Positions 63,531-64,000 of a stretch of DNA of 64,000 bases are shown in pieces (positions within the stretch are counted from its first letter, which is position 1; each line of letters begins with the position of its first letter). Location: the NCBI RefSeq assembly GCF_000143415.4, contig NW_003314416.1, forward strand, positions 191,332 through 255,331, read 5' to 3'. Below the pieces are notes generated by a model. The model did no database searches and was not told the DNA's origin. It saw only the letters and a list, made by a program, of their open reading frames with translations. This DNA is from Selaginella moellendorffii. Taxonomy: Eukaryota; Plantae; Lycopodiophyta. The position numbers were made by a program, and so were the translations under genes.

Positions 63531-64000
63531 TTTGTTGGGGGAAGGAGGGGCGCCTCCCCCAACGCTCGCTCAAACATGAGAAATGCTTCACTGCTCTCTG
63601 CAAAAATGCCCCCCCTCGCCCTTGTGAGGCAAGGGTTTTATACAAGGAAGATGGGGAATATTCTGAGGACCAGAATATTCCCTCTCTCTCTCTCGCTCTC
63701 TCGGTGGCCACGCCCTAACAGTTTCACCAAGATCTACGTAAGGAGTTATGAAATGAAAGGACCCTCTCTATTGAAATGTGTTTATGGTCCTAGGGGCATT
63801 GTGACATATCAAAGGATTTTGCATCAAGTTCTGTATTTGCATGTTTATCAAGCTACTGAATTGCTAAACCCTAAACCCTAAACATGTGGCAAATGCTGCG
63901 TGAAGAAAGATGCCCTTTCTGGGCAAATGCTGTAAGAGGCAGATGCCGAGCAGTTACACGGCGAATAATCTTGGCGCGGATCGCTGACATGGCATGGCAA

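Larger units (their letters stand above)
54771..63720 (-). mobile_element. Full-length Ty3/gypsy Tat-type LTR retrotransposon
   Basis: 188-bp LTRs 54771-54958 and 63533-63720 (3 differences seen). 4-bp TSD GTTT (empty site at ~18017 in copy B). PBS present; gag-pol with an additional RNase H. Confidence 0.93.
50648..64000 (+). mobile_element. Large TIR DNA transposon copy C, left part (continues beyond the window; interrupted by the Tat element)
   Basis: Left TIR 50648-50671; collinear with 12123-18700 apart from deletions. Confidence 0.88.

Overview
Repeat-dense plant heterochromatin, probably from a lycophyte such as Selaginella. This is inferred from 47-57 nt introns, an ALDH21-like pseudogene and a Tat element with an extra RNase H between PR and RT. 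The window is built around three same-orientation copies of a large (~13 kb reconstructed) TIR DNA transposon: copy A 1-4878, copy B 12123-31802, copy C 50648->64000. The element has 24-bp TIRs (AAGCTCTATTTCGTTAAAGTGGGA) and two divergent genes. The + gene is a Sola1/DUF7869-like DDD/E transposase, intact in copy A. The - gene is multi-exon and predicted to fuse a ParB/Srx(DGQHR)-like domain, a degenerate beta-class N6/N4 DNA-methyltransferase-like domain, acidic/Pro-rich linkers and an FCP1/NIF HAD-phosphatase-like domain. A 22-bp palindrome (ATGGCRTGWGGCCWCAYGCCAT) occurs more than 20 times per element, often one per ~50-nt intron, and was not seen outside the element. This is the main candidate novel system: parS-like or VANC-like cis sites plus a cognate TE-encoded protein. 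The rest consists of degenerate L1/Tx1-like LINEs, a non-coding LTR family with minisatellite-bearing LTRs, two small Ty3/gypsy elements, a nearly intact Tat-type gypsy element and an ALDH21-like pseudogene fragment. All family and domain calls are by-eye motif recognition; no searches were run.
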